From the NCBI RefSeq assembly GCF_021869535.1, contig NW_026262690.1, positions 2,542,001-2,606,000 of the forward strand: 64,000 nucleotides of DNA, in the 5' to 3' direction. Shown in pieces: positions 37,763 to 50,303 of the stretch. Position numbers and translations under genes: made by a program. Below the pieces are notes generated by a model. The model did no database searches and had not been told where the DNA came from. It was given only the letters and a program-made list of their open reading frames with translations. The stretch is from Mytilus californianus (lineage: Eukaryota). Numbering within the stretch: position 1 is the first letter of the stretch; each line of letters begins with the position of its first letter.

Positions 37763-37879
37763 CCAGAGTATACTATAACAAATGATTATATCACTACAAT
37801 ATAATAGTTATAACGGTGAGGTTGAATTCCTTGTCATTTATTCATCATCCACACAGGAACTTATCTCAGAAAAAATATA

Positions 37880-38130
37880 TCTATGTTCCTTAACCTAACT
37901 TTCAGGTATAGAGATGTGATTTTTTTTCTGAGACAAGTGCTTGTGACCATCCACCAGAACTTGCGGTCATCCGATGTTCAGTACTTCAGTACTTCAACTG
38001 TATTAGAAGTTCGTCTGGTTTATTGTTGTACAAGACTTCTGTAACAACCAGACTTAGAAACTACCGTTACTGCAACTTATTTTTCGTCGATATATTTTCG
38101 TACTCGTTCTCAACTATACTTTAACTTTCA
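37880..38130 (-). pseudogene. Decayed fragment of a fourth receptor tail exon
   Basis: Translates VENEYENISTKNKLQ*R*..TEVLYNNKPDELL..KY*..SHLYT*KL. DNA aagtctggttgttacagaagtcttgtacaac is homologous to the 35590-35780 fragment. Confidence 0.65.
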
Positions 38131-38485
38131 TTTTTCTTTGACATTTTGCTTCTACGTAGTGCTGCTGTAGAGGCCAAGGTCATAGATAGGACACTATTTA
38201 AAGATTCACCCGTTGACATTTTATTTTTATTTTTAAATTGTATTCATAAACGAGAAAGGTGTAGCATAGAAACCCCACGACTGACCAGAAAAGTGATGGA
38301 TGTTTGATTAGTTTCTGAAGTGGAGTTATCGTCAAGCTTTGTACAGATTATGTGGTTCAGCGTGGAAAGCCCACGACTTACAAAAAGAATGCAGGCGCTT
38401 TCTTATGTATTTAAATTTGATTGGGGATTGTGGTTTAGCATGGAAAGCCCACACTCACACCGAAATAATTATTCTTGAGAAATGT

Positions 38486-39200
38486 TTAGTACCAACAATT
38501 TCTGGTTATTTTATTGTTCGCTTCATCGAGCGACACATTTCATAAAAGATTGTTTTGATGAATACCGTCAGTGTATAAGTCGAAATGATATCTAGCTATC
38601 TCTGTGTTTGCCTTTCTTGTATTTAGGATTGAGAATTGCGAAGTCCAAAGAGAAGTATGTACAATACTGTTTCTATGTTATTGTTTTGTTTCTATCAATC
38701 TCTTGATATATGATGAAGAGTCGGTTCCAAAGTATGTTATCACTTTCTTTGTAGTCTATGTAGTGGTGACCTTTTTTATAATTATTTTGTAAAATTCCAT
38801 TGAATAATGTGGAATTTTAGAAATGGTACTCTTAAAACTTTTGAGAAACAGGATAGGAAATTGCCAAGTTCTTGAAGTTGCTCAATGAAAAGGTTAACGG
38901 TAGTGGTAGTGTCTGACGTTGACCTTATTCCAATTCTATGATCTCTCTCTTTGGTCGTCTAATCACAGATATCAACCCAAATGTATATCCAAATATTACC
39001 GAAATGCCTTATTGATCTATCTATATTTCGATTGAAATATCGAAAACCATCTGCTGCAGTATATTCAGAATGACCCCACCATTGAATTTCTCGATCTACA
39101 GTATTAAGCTTTCTTTGATAGTATAACAAGTTAGTATTTGTATTTAGTTGTTAATTTTAGAAAAATCAAAATACTTCAACAACGAAAGGCAACACAAATG
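38486..39200 (-). pseudogene. Decayed SGNH/GDSL-hydrolase-like ORF (stops and frameshifts)
   Basis: Fragments IQWWGHSEYTAADGFRYFNRNIDRSIRHFGNIWIYIWVDICD*, KIPHYSM and YHFDLYTDGIHQNNLL..RNCWY*. DGIH (38558-38569) fits the block-V DxxH motif; block I was not found. Assignment rests on motif recall, not a search. Confidence 0.45.
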
Positions 39201-39346
39201 TAATACAAATGCTCCAGAAAACCTATTAAGGGAAAATAAAAATAAATTTAATTTTCCAAGATGGCGGACAATGGCAGCAAATTAAAATTGTCTAATATTT
39301 GTTGTTGGTCGTAAAAACGTCTCTCAGGGAAGAATTATGTACAACG

Positions 39347-40420
39347 TTATTTATAAACATTGTTTGTGCATATGTTCACTAAAATTATGTGCTTAAACAG
39401 TAAAATTGTCCTACAAATCTTCGCTCTTCTTTTCAACTTTTGTCTTCCTGTCTTCAAAGCCTCACGTTCACGCAAGATGCACTCACAAACTTTATATAAT
39501 AGTCCGAAAAGAAAACATGTGTTTACTCCAATAATAAAATACAGAAACAACACAAATTCCCAAATATTTGTTTCGGGATAAACATTGGTAGAATGCTTAG
39601 GTTTCGATAGATCACTGAATTTTGTGGACAGTTTCCTCAGCAGAATATTGACATTCTGATCAGCTTTGAATGTGCAAAACTCTCTAAACGAATATACGGA
39701 AGCTTTATTTTGAATTCGGTAAGACTACGAAACATTGACCTTTTCTTTTGAATAAAATACATTTAAGGCAAAGTACCACAAAGATAAAAAGTAAAATCCT
39801 TTTTTTTTCAGTTTTCGCCATTTCAAGGACGTAAGTAAATTTAAATAAAGGTACACATAAACTATATACCAACCAATCCCGATAGCATAGTAAACAAAAA
39901 CAATGGTTTCCTTTTCGTAAGTTTTTAATTTTGTCCAAAGAAGTAACTTCCTGATTAATTCATATCACGAATTATTTCCGTTGTTCGTTTTATCTGTACA
40001 CTTGCTAGTACAGTGTACTTTTAATTTGTTCCTTGTCGTTTCTGTACATTTGTCTCGTTTCTTTTGATTTGTCTCTTTTTCTTTCTGTAGATTTGTGTCG
40101 TTGCATTTGATTTGTCTCTTTTTCTTTCTGTAGATTTGATACGTTGCTTTTGATTTGTCTCTTTTTCTTTCTGTAGATTTGTGTCGTTGCTTTTGATTTG
40201 TCTCTTTTTCTTTTTGTAGATTTGTGTCGTTGCTTTTGATTTGTTTCTTTTTCTTTCTCTAGATTTGTGTCGTTGCTTTTGATTTGTCTCTTTTTCTTTC
40301 TGTAGATTTGTGTCGTTGCTTTTGATTTGTCCGTTGTGGTTTCTGTAGATTTGTGTCGTTGCTTTTGATTTGTCCGTTGTGGTTTCTGTACATTTGTGTC
40401 GTTGCTTTTGATTTGTCCGT
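39347..40420 (-). pseudogene. Decayed intronless ORF: K/R/Q/T-rich repeat N-terminus followed by three hydrophobic segments
   Basis: A single frame over ~358 codons with only three internal stops (40261, 39967, 39727). Hydrophobic runs: TIVFVYYAIGIGWYIVYVYLYLNLL, GFYFLSLWYFALNVFY and IWEFVLFLYFIIGVNTCFLFGLLY. Confidence 0.6.
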
Positions 40421-40435
40421 TTATTCTTTTCTCTA
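40035..40435. repeat. 43-bp minisatellite (TTCTGTAGATTTGTGTCGTTGCTTTTGATTTGTCTCTTTTTCT)n, ~9 copies
   Basis: Period of 43 measured (40085, 40128, 40171; 40343, 40386). Confidence 0.9.
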
Positions 40436-40931
40436 GATTTCGATTCCTTATTTACTTAGCTGGGTTACCGTTTTTCTACCCGCTATTCAAACATATTTTT
40501 GATTTTTCTTTTTTACTATCCTTTTGATTGACATTTTGGGGAATATAATTTGAAGAGTTTCAATTTAGAAATTCCAAAGAATTACAATGGCAAATAATCT
40601 AAGCACAGCACTTTCTTATTTACCCACACGTCGTACTTCTTTTATATAATATTCCTTTTAGTTATATAGAATGAATCAACCTGGCTTTGACAGATGATGA
40701 ATGTTACAGAAAAGATTTTTGTTCCTGTGCAGACAACTTAAATAAACCATAGTTCGTATTAGAAACTATTGCATCTAATATATTTAATGTTCATTGCAGC
40801 TGTTATATAGTTCCTATTTGTCTGATTGTGGTATATTGTATCACATAAGGTTTCCGAAGTTGCTACTTATTAATACTCTATATTTCTTCCGATTAAATCG
40901 TTGTTGCTCATTTCTCTTTTTTTTTCAATGC

Positions 40932-43900
40932 TTACTGTGGCATCATAAATTCATATTCTTCCTCTGTGTTTTCAAGGACTTGTGTTTCACTTTTTATGGT
41001 ATCTTCTTCCGAGTCGGCATTAAGCGTTGAATACAAATGTGGTGCGCTTTCTGTTCTCGTCGGAATTTCGTATTCTTCAGATTTATGTTCATCAATATTG
41101 TAATAAAGCTCATCATTAGCATTTGCCTTTTGATTTAATTTTTTTTCGACTGTGTCAGAGTCTGCATTAATATTCATATATTTTTCGATACTTTTATTTC
41201 TATATATATTTCTGACAGCTCTGTCCCTCTCGATTTCCTCAACAGTTTCGTATTTGGCGTCGTCTTGGCCATAAGTGTTATTCTTCATCCCTGATTCATT
41301 AGTACATATGTTGATCGACTGTTCATTATTACTTTTGTCCTTATAGACAACAGTCTCATAAAGTTCTCTTTCGCTGATATTACTATTACTATGATCTGTG
41401 TGGACATAATAGTTAAGCGTTCCTTTACTTTCTGATTTCATGTCACGTGACTTTATGTCATTGTTTTTGTCTAATACTAAACTCTTACATTTAAGGTTAG
41501 ATGTTGTCGTAAAAGAACGTGTTTGATATCTGAAAGAAATAAGAAAACGAAGAAAACAGTAGTACAGACCAAGGACTGACAACAAATATGGTACTGAAAC
41601 AGAATTTCCTCCTCATTGCTATACCTATTTATTTTATCCATCTGTTCGTATCTTTTGAAATTTATATAAGCCAGCCCAGTAGCCAGTATTTCGGTACTGG
41701 CATGAAAAAAACGGATATTGTATTATTTAAATTTGCTGTAACAAAATTTGGAAATTATTTCAAATTCAGAAATATATCTCCCTCATGCAATGCCCGGCTT
41801 TGGCTATACTTTTGGTCTTTTTAGGTTTATAAGCCCATTAATTTTTTTAAATAAATTATGGGTTTTCAAATATTTTGGCCTCCAGCATCACTAAAGAAAC
41901 ATTTAATGTCGAAATGTGCATCTGGTGGAGAGAAAAATTGGTAAGGTTAATGTTATTACTACCACTGGGTCAATAACTCTGCTGGTGGACTGTTAGTCCA
42001 AGGGTGTTACATCAGCCCATGAGCCAGTACTTCGGTTATGACATGAAAAAAACGGATATTGTGTAATGAAAATTTGTTGTAACAAAATTTTGAAAATTAT
42101 TTTAAATTCATGACTATATCTCCCTCATACAAACTCGGATTCTTTGTCCAACTTTGGCTATACTTTTGGTCTTTTAAAGTTTATAAGCTCTTTATTTTTT
42201 TAATAAGTTTTGGATTTTAAATATTTTGGCCTCGAGCATCACTGAAAAGACATTTATTGTCGAAATGCACGTCTGGTGCAGAAAAATTTGTACCGTTAAT
42301 GCTGTTATACGTTACATTTATAAACGTTTTATATTGCATGTTGAAAGGTTCTGTGTAGTTAGACCATTAAGGAATATTTAGATAACAGATGTCAAATATG
42401 TGTTTGATATTGTTTTTGATTATTTTTTATTTCCTTTTTCAAAGCCTAAATTTGTACCAGTTTGAAAGTTTTCTCATATTGTGTGATGTAAAGGAATCTC
42501 TTTTAATATTCTTCAAGGGGTGAAATTTTGCCCTTTTTTCTTATATGATATATTATAATATTAATCTATTAATTTTGCCAGTTTGCAACTTTGCGGTAAC
42601 AGATAACCCAAGTTTCTGTGACATCCCTGCACTGTGACCATTAAGGCATATGTGTTAACTCCCCCTACACTGTGTCCAGTGACCTAGACCAGTGTTCGAG
42701 CGATTACTTATCAATATTTAATAACCTCATATAATGTTTTCTTACCTTCTGTAAAGAATCAGAATAACAACGGTTATCACCATGACACCAATAACTGCAA
42801 AGACTGCTCCTACCACTATACCTATCGTATTGCATGAAGTAAAGACGATGACTTCGATGTTAATTTATTGTTCATAATATATATATATGATATTTTCCTA
42901 TTTGTGAAAAACTGTGTATGAAGCTTATATGCTCAGCACATATACATTAAAATCAACAGCTCAAGGAAAATTGACAAAGCATTTTAGAGAATATTTTTTT
43001 TTGGTAAACTATGAAAGAATTGCCATCTTTTGATGAAGCCTACAATACTATTCAAAAACGTTTCCCTTCAATATATTAATAGGCAGTATATATATCAAAC
43101 AATATTTTATATATTCTAAGAAAGGCTATTATTGCTTTTGGTTAATTGTTTTGTACATAAATCAGGCCGCTAGTTTTTCGTTTGAATTGTTTAATATGTG
43201 TAATTTCGTGGCCTTTTAAAGCTTACTATACTCTATGTGTTTTATTCATTGTTGAAGGCTGTGCGGTGATCTAGTATTATTGCTGTACGGTGATCTAGTA
43301 TAATTGATAACTTCTACGTCATTTAGTCTCCGGTGGAGAGTTGTCTCATTGGCAAAATACGATATCTTCTTATTGTTATATCCAAGAACTGACAGTATGT
43401 TTTTTCTTTGAGTTAAGCAGGATTTTTTCATGTGTAGTAATATATATATTCCATGTTTTACTAACAGGGTCAGAATCTAAGTTTTAAATCCTACTTAAAA
43501 TTGAATATTTAAGAATATATATCATACATCAAAAAGTCGATTTTTTTTTCATTTCTGAAAAATCTTATTGAAAATGGCCCTGATAGAGTTAAGGAAAATT
43601 GGACCTGTCTCTTTCAGGAAAAATTCGTAAAACTTATTTATTGGCCCTTTTGTGAAATAAATTCATGGAAAATTCTCCCTTTCTCTACATCATAAATTTT
43701 ACGTTATCGAGAAAGTGTATATTATAAGTGGGAGGTTAGGCTAGCTATAAAACCAGGTTTAAATTACTAGTATCATTTTTTTCGGGAAATGTCTGTTCTA
43801 AGTCAGGAATATGACAGTTGTTTTCCATTCGTTCCCTTGGGTGATAAAGTCTAACGTTTGATTTTGTCAGTTTTTATGGACTTTGCCATTTTTAAATTTA

Positions 43901-46900
43901 CCTTGTAATTCGATATTTTTGTCATACTATTTTTCCGTGTATACTTATAAACAGGATATTATAATTAAACATGACATCACTTACGATCATTATTTCCTGT
44001 GTTCTTGTAACCTATAAAACATATATTTATAATGGTAATATTTCCATTTACACTGTATACTCTACTTTTCACATTACACAAAACAGAAATTTTCTTCAAT
44101 TAACTTTGATATGAAAACAAAAACAGCCTCCAAAAACACAAGTTACTTTAAAGCAAATGATGTCAGTAATGTGTATACTTTAATGCTTGAACATCCACAT
44201 TTCGGACAAAAAATAGGATGAAAATAAAAAATAAATATCTGTTGTAAAAAGATAACACCTATATGCTTATCTACGACCCAGCTTCAGTTCCACTTGTTCA
44301 TCTTAACTAAGAGTTGAACTGTTCTAGTTTCGGTATATGCTTTTGATTTGTGTCAAACATTCTGCAGATATGTTGATTACAAGATAGTAAGAAAAAAGGT
44401 GTCCAAAAGCTATATATTCAAATGTCATTGTACAAATAGTGTTTGGGAAATACCCAAAAAAACCACCGCCTTCATATACGTACATACCACGCATAGCCAC
44501 ACCATGAACAGAGTAAATTGTTTGGTTGTAGCCACCGCATATTTCATCCGGGCTTTTTGGACATGGAAAATTACACAAGCTTTCATTCACTTTATTCATA
44601 AGAGTTTCATTACTACAGCTACAAATGCCATGTGCCTCATAAGCATTTGTCAGAAAAAGTGCGCCAGTTATCTTGACCTTGAATTAAGAAAAAAAACAGA
44701 TAAGTAATATGTTATGAAGTAATATTGAAACAAATCAATTTTTATATTTGTTATACAATGTATCTGTTACAGGTTCAAACCTAGATTTTAAGGAGATAAA
44801 ATCATATGTAAGACATTTGCTTATACCAGCAATAAAAATGACTATACTGAACTTTTATTATATATAGCTTTAACATATTTTAAATTAAATTTAGAATAGG
44901 ATAAAAAGACATGAGAGGTTCTCTTGTGGCATATATCAAAGATTCTTACACAATTATATAGTGCAGAAAACATTTATCTTTCAACAAGTCACGAATATTT
45001 ATGAAACGAACACAAAATTAATTTCATGATATTGAAATTTAATAACTTTACGATATTAAGAATTGTGATAAAATCGTTTAATTGGTAAACGATAACTTAC
45101 AGACAACGCAGCTAGGCTATAGTGACCTACTTTACAAAATTCTATACAGATGGAACTGGACATAAATGTTTTATTCACATACGAGGTATTTACTTCAACA
45201 TTCAGATAACATCCATAGTACCTAAAACTTGATCCTGTTAAAAAAATAAAACAAAAAAGCAAAACATTATTTGTTCCATTCGCAGCAATTTTATACTACA
45301 CTTTATTTTTCATTGTTAGAGATGATATTGTGAACTATAAAGTAATTTATATACAATTACGTTGTTTTATTCTTACGCTCTGTGGTTTCGTTTTATTACC
45401 GATTCGCCTTATATTATGTACTAATTGCAATGGGTCAAATGTTTCATTGTTTGCTGCTTTTCCCACACCCATTAACGATATGCACTGTTCATATCGTTGC
45501 AGTAGTTTTATGAATGAATGTGGTCCTGTCAATAAATGCTACAAATAGCCTTTTTATACTAGTGGGCCATAATATATGTTATAATATTTTGGATAGTGAT
45601 GAAAATCACGGGTGGTGCGATACTTTTTCCAGGTGTATATAAGATGTAATTTTCACTAAAACTGTAAGTTTACAAATTGAATGTGTTATCCTCTGGTATA
45701 ACCATATTATATTTTTCTATACCTTTTGTAATCTTATGGTCAACGTAAAAGATTGGCATAGGCTTACAAAAGAAGTTAACCTCGCTATATATTAATGAAC
45801 ATGTCAGAAAATCTGTAGTTTTTGTTTTGTCTTTTCTTAATATTTTTTGGTCATTATTATACTAAAAATAAAAAGCAAGGTGTATTCAAATAACTACAAA
45901 AAAAATGATGATTTGTAAAAAGTAAAATAAAAAGAATACCGAACTCCAAGGAAAATTCAAAACAGAAAAGTCCCTGTTCAAATGGCAAAATCAAAAGCTG
46001 AAACACATCAAACGAATGGAAAACAACTGTCACCCGACCCGGCGCAGGCATTTCCCTACGCAGAAAATTGTGGATTAAATCTGGCCAATCCCCTCACTTG
46101 TATGACAGCATAAAATTCCATTATATTGACAACAATGTGTGAACAAAACAAACAGACATAATAGGTAAAAATGTCATAAATATGTACAGCAGTCCACATT
46201 GTTATAATGTTAATCACTTAGTCTATAAAACAAAGAAATATGCCAACAAAGAAAACAAAATGGCATATAGACAAAGCACATAGCAAAAATGAAAGACAGA
46301 AATACAAAAAATGACCATAGCACAATAACACAATGACGGGACCGTATAAGAACCGAGCCATGCCAAAGGATATTACCAAAATAGGACTAAACAGTAAAGG
46401 TTAATTATTTACAAAGACGAATAAAAGAACACTATAACACGTAATTAAGATGATAAACAATCTATACACCAAGACCATCATGTATTATTTGTGAAGTTAA
46501 TGCGGAATATTTATCTACAAGGTCTTGGTTTTTTCCGATGAACTTTTTTAGAAAAAGGACGAGACGTTCTTTGACATGACCCTAGTTCATCAACTCTCTG
46601 CTCAGATACTGGTGGCGTTTTATAAAGTCTGAGTAGCAGCTGAAAGCTCTTGGATACCGAATAAGTTGGGAAATGTATATCCCATATGCAGGTGAAATTG
46701 GTATATTGCTACTAAGGTGAGAGAAATTGATAATTTCAAAATTAAAATCGTCTCGTTTGTCATAGATTCTGGTACTGAGACGACCGCGTATGTCAAATTC
46801 GAGGTATAAGTCTTAAAATGTGGCGGAGGAAGCCGTGTTTGTTATTTCTTTAATTTCTAGTTCTAGAGGATATATTAATGGAACCCAATCAGAAAAGTTT

Positions 46901-49900
46901 GGATTGTTAATGGAAAGAACATCATCAATATAACTGAATGTGAAAATTAAATGAGCTGGCTTCTTTGATCTTCTTGTTTTTGACAAATGTTTGAGGGAAC
47001 TCCGACTCATATTAGCAAAAGAAGAGGTCGGAAAGAAGAAGCAAACAGTTCGTTCCCATAGGAATGCCGACAATTTGTTGAAAAAGTCTACCTCAAAATT
47101 CAACAAACATGCTGTCAATAAGAAACTCCTGCATACTGATCACTTGTTCCTCTGTGTAGCATGGTTTACCTTTTTGTTCACTATTAACAAAATATGCAGT
47201 ATGGTATCTCAAAGTAATAAATTTATAGTGTGTGCTACCATTTTTATATAGAAAAGCATTGTGGATTATTTCTTTTCTGATTGAGTTCCATTAATATATC
47301 CCCCAGAACTAGAAATTAACGAAACAACAGACACGGTCCTCCGCCTCATTTTTAGATTTATACCTCGAATTTGACATACACAGTCATCTCAGTACCAGAA
47401 TCTATGACAAACGAGACGATTTTAATTTTGAAATTATCAATTTCCCCCACCTTAGTAGAAATATATAAACTTCACATGCATATGGGATATACATTTCACA
47501 ACTTATTCGGTTTTCAAGAGCTTGCAGCTCCTACTCAGACTTTGTAAAACGTCACCAGTGTCTGAGCAGAAAGTTGATGAACCAGGGGTATGTCAAAGAA
47601 CGTCTCGTCCTTTTTCTAAAACGTTCATCGGAAGGTACTAAGACCTTGTTGATATATATTCCGTATCAACTTAACAAATAATACACGATGGTCTTGAAGT
47701 ATAAATTCTGCGTACTGACGTTGTTTATCATCTTAACAACGTGTTATAGTATTCTTTTATTTGTCTTTATTAATATCACTTTTAGTGTTAAGTCTGTTTT
47801 TTGTGATATCCATTTGACGTGACTCTGTACTTATGTATCCCGTCATACTTTGAACGACAAAATTATTTTATATCTACCTGTGTGACGTCAAACGTGCGAT
47901 TCTACGCCAGCACTTAAAACCTTTCATCCTTTATGGGTGGATTTTACATAGATAAATAAAATCGTATAATAAAAAAGCAAAATGAGGATGTTAAAAAATT
48001 TAAAACAACACGGTTAATAATTTCATGCGTCCGAAGCGCTTTTCTGGATTTACCTTCATCAGGAATGCTCAAAGGTCAACTTTGCCTGCGGGAGTTGAAA
48101 CCTTAGTTTCTTTATAATTTCAAAATTTATAAACAGTCGATTTTAGAAAGGTTTGTTATAAATCATGTCAGTACCAAAGTACTGACTACTGAGCTGATGA
48201 TACCCTCGGGGACTGATAGTCCACCAGCAGAGGTATCGACCCAGTGATGTAAAAAATTGAAAACAACACGTTTAATAATTTCATGCGTCCGAAGCGCTTT
48301 TCTGGATTTACCTTCATCAGGAACGCTCAAGCCAAACATTTGAAATCCGAGGGATGTATAAGTACCGAAACAGTTGAAGAGCTATATGACAAAAATACAT
48401 AAAACAAATAGCCAAATTCATCTAAGGTCAACTTTGCCTGAGGGAGTTGAAAACTTGAGTTTCTTTATAATTTCAAAATTTATAAACAGTCAATTTTAGA
48501 AAGGTTTGTTATAAATCATGTCAGTACCAAAGTACTGACTACTGAGCTGATGATACCCTCGGGGACTGATAGTCCACCAGCAGAGGTATCGACCCAGTGA
48601 TGTAAAAAAATTGAAAACAAAACGTTTAATAATTTCATGCGTCCGAAGCGCTTTTCTGGATTTGATGTATGCCTTTTTGTGCTTCTTTGTTACATTTGTT
48701 TGTTTTTATAGTGATTAAGATGATAACACAATTTTGACTGCTGTACCCCTATTTTTGACATTTTTAATTATTGTGTCTGTTTGTTTTGTTCATGCATCGT
48801 TGTCAATATAATGGAATTCGACGCGACTGTCATACAAGTGAGAGGTTTAGCTAGCTATAAAACCAGGTTCAATCCACCATTTTCTACATAAGAAAATGCC
48901 TGTACCAAGTCAGGAATATGACAGTTGTTATCCATTCGTTTGATGTGTTTGAGCTTTTGATTTTGCCATTTGATTAGGGACTTTCCTTTTGAATTTTCCT
49001 CGGAGTTCAGTATTTTCATGATTTTACTTTTTAGACGATTTTTCAATTTTACATGGGGAATGGTGGTATACAGTGTTGAAAAATCAAAAGTTTTGATAGA
49101 ATTAATTTCAGAGAAAGATCGAGATTTCAAATTATCAATAAGTTCTTAAGTGGTTTTTTTAGAATCCACATATTGTAAATACTACTACGCGAGTAAACAG
49201 TTTCACGGTATTTTTGAAGACCCTCTTTCAATGCGGCCAGATTGTTGGTCAATCTAATGGACAATTCCTTTGTAGAACATGCAAATGAGCAGACAATGTA
49301 TCGTTGTTTGCACGGAATTTTGTGACGCTTAGGTATCCAATACAAACAAGGTAAGTCCTCAGATTTGCTGTTCAATGTAATGTTCATTGAAGCCATGAAG
49401 GACTTATGATTGCCAAAATCTCATCTTTGTCAAATGATATATTTTTGCGATTATGTGGGATTACCTGAGTGCTCATTTATTCCTAATTCTTTTACAAGCC
49501 ACTCGTAGTCGTACGATTTAAATACAAAGATAATATTATTTGAAGCTTTATCCGCAGGAACAACACCATATTTATCGCGAAGAGATGATAGACATTTCAC
49601 AGCTTCTTTGTTCCTGAAAACGGACTTTGGTCGATCGTTCACAGTTTTTCAACTTATGAATTCGACGTTTGTAAGATATCCCGAGAATAATTGCATCATA
49701 GCACGCAAATGTTTAAACTTTGTTTTCATTCATTATTGTCAAACTGCCTAGAACAAAATGAACCAGACACAAAACAAATCAAACAAAATGAGATTGAAAA
49801 TCCCACTCAACACAAAATCCTAAATGCGACACCGAGTCATGAATTGCATGTGATCACTACCTGGGATCAACGAGAAAGTAATAAAGACCTAAATATTTAG

Positions 49901-50303
49901 ATTGGAAGAAGAGGCTTGTGTATGTTTATGATCCACCAATGTTATTCAATTTGATTAAAGTTAAGGGGGCAACCATTTAACTTCAAGAGGGGGGGGGGGG
50001 GTTATGTTTTTTGTATGTGTCAGAAATTTTTTTCTTAGTTTTTCGACGCTATCAATCAAATTATTTTTTTTCAAAATTTAACGCTATAAGGTATGGGGAA
50101 AATCTGGATTCAGAATATTTTATTTTTGTCATCTGCTTGACCACAATATTTTTTTCATCGAATTGGTGATCAGATTATTTTTTTAGGGAAAACCATAACA
50201 CCCCCCACATACTATACAAAGTAGTGTAAATCTATCCAGTCTTACCTTGTAAGGAAATTACACAACACAAGTATAACGTACACAATGTGTAGATGAAAGT
50301 CAT
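40932..50303 (-). CDS. WSC-domain type-I transmembrane receptor B with tyrosine-motif-rich tail (~351 aa; ~360 aa with the micro-exon)
   Basis: Exons: 50246-50303 (MTFIYTLCTLYLCCVISLQ, AG|gtaaga); 45101-45234 (YYGCY..MSSSICIEFC); 44488-44677 (CSCS..ESLCNFPCPKSPDEICGG); 43985-44011 (27-nt, tag|..|gtaagt); 42746-42821 (TM IVVGAVFAVIGVMVITVVILILY); 40932-41529 (tail, 14 Tyr). Intron phases are the same as in receptor A. Confidence 0.88.
46430..47135 (-). mobile_element. Penelope-like retroelement RT, 3' part (decayed)
   Basis: GIPMGTN, FTFSYIDDVLSINN (YIDD catalytic motif) and the downstream IYDKRDDFNF-type segment. Confidence 0.85.
47265..47860 (+). mobile_element. Second Penelope-like RT 3' fragment, inverted relative to 46430-47135
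   Basis: LDLYLEFD..STRIYDKRDDFNFEIINFPHLS..YGIYISQL..RACSSYSDFVKRHQCLSRKL. Confidence 0.85.
48001..48665. repeat. Tandem duplication of a dispersed repeat (gcgtccgaagcgcttttctggatttaccttcatcagg family)
   Basis: The motif recurs at 48027, 48286 and 48639; family members also at ~52725, ~54830, ~63370-63560 and ~21550-21720. Confidence 0.8.
49035..49690 (-). mobile_element. Penelope-like RT, 5' part (decayed)
   Basis: DKYGVVPADKASNNIIFV, LYWIPK.HK, MWILK and IKTFDFSTLYTTIPH motifs across frameshifted ORFs. Confidence 0.85.

Noticed and set aside
45235-45280. T-rich stretch reading MEQIMFCFFVLFF* that would become a signal peptide for B with one extra T
   Set aside because: It is the polypyrimidine tract. 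Receptor A has a phase-1 intron at the same position and B has a good signal exon at 50246-50303.
45330-45548. Plus-strand Cys-rich ORF with a faint WSC-like ending (CSYRC...ECG)
   Set aside because: Short, intronic, antisense, and lacks the other WSC cysteines; probably chance.
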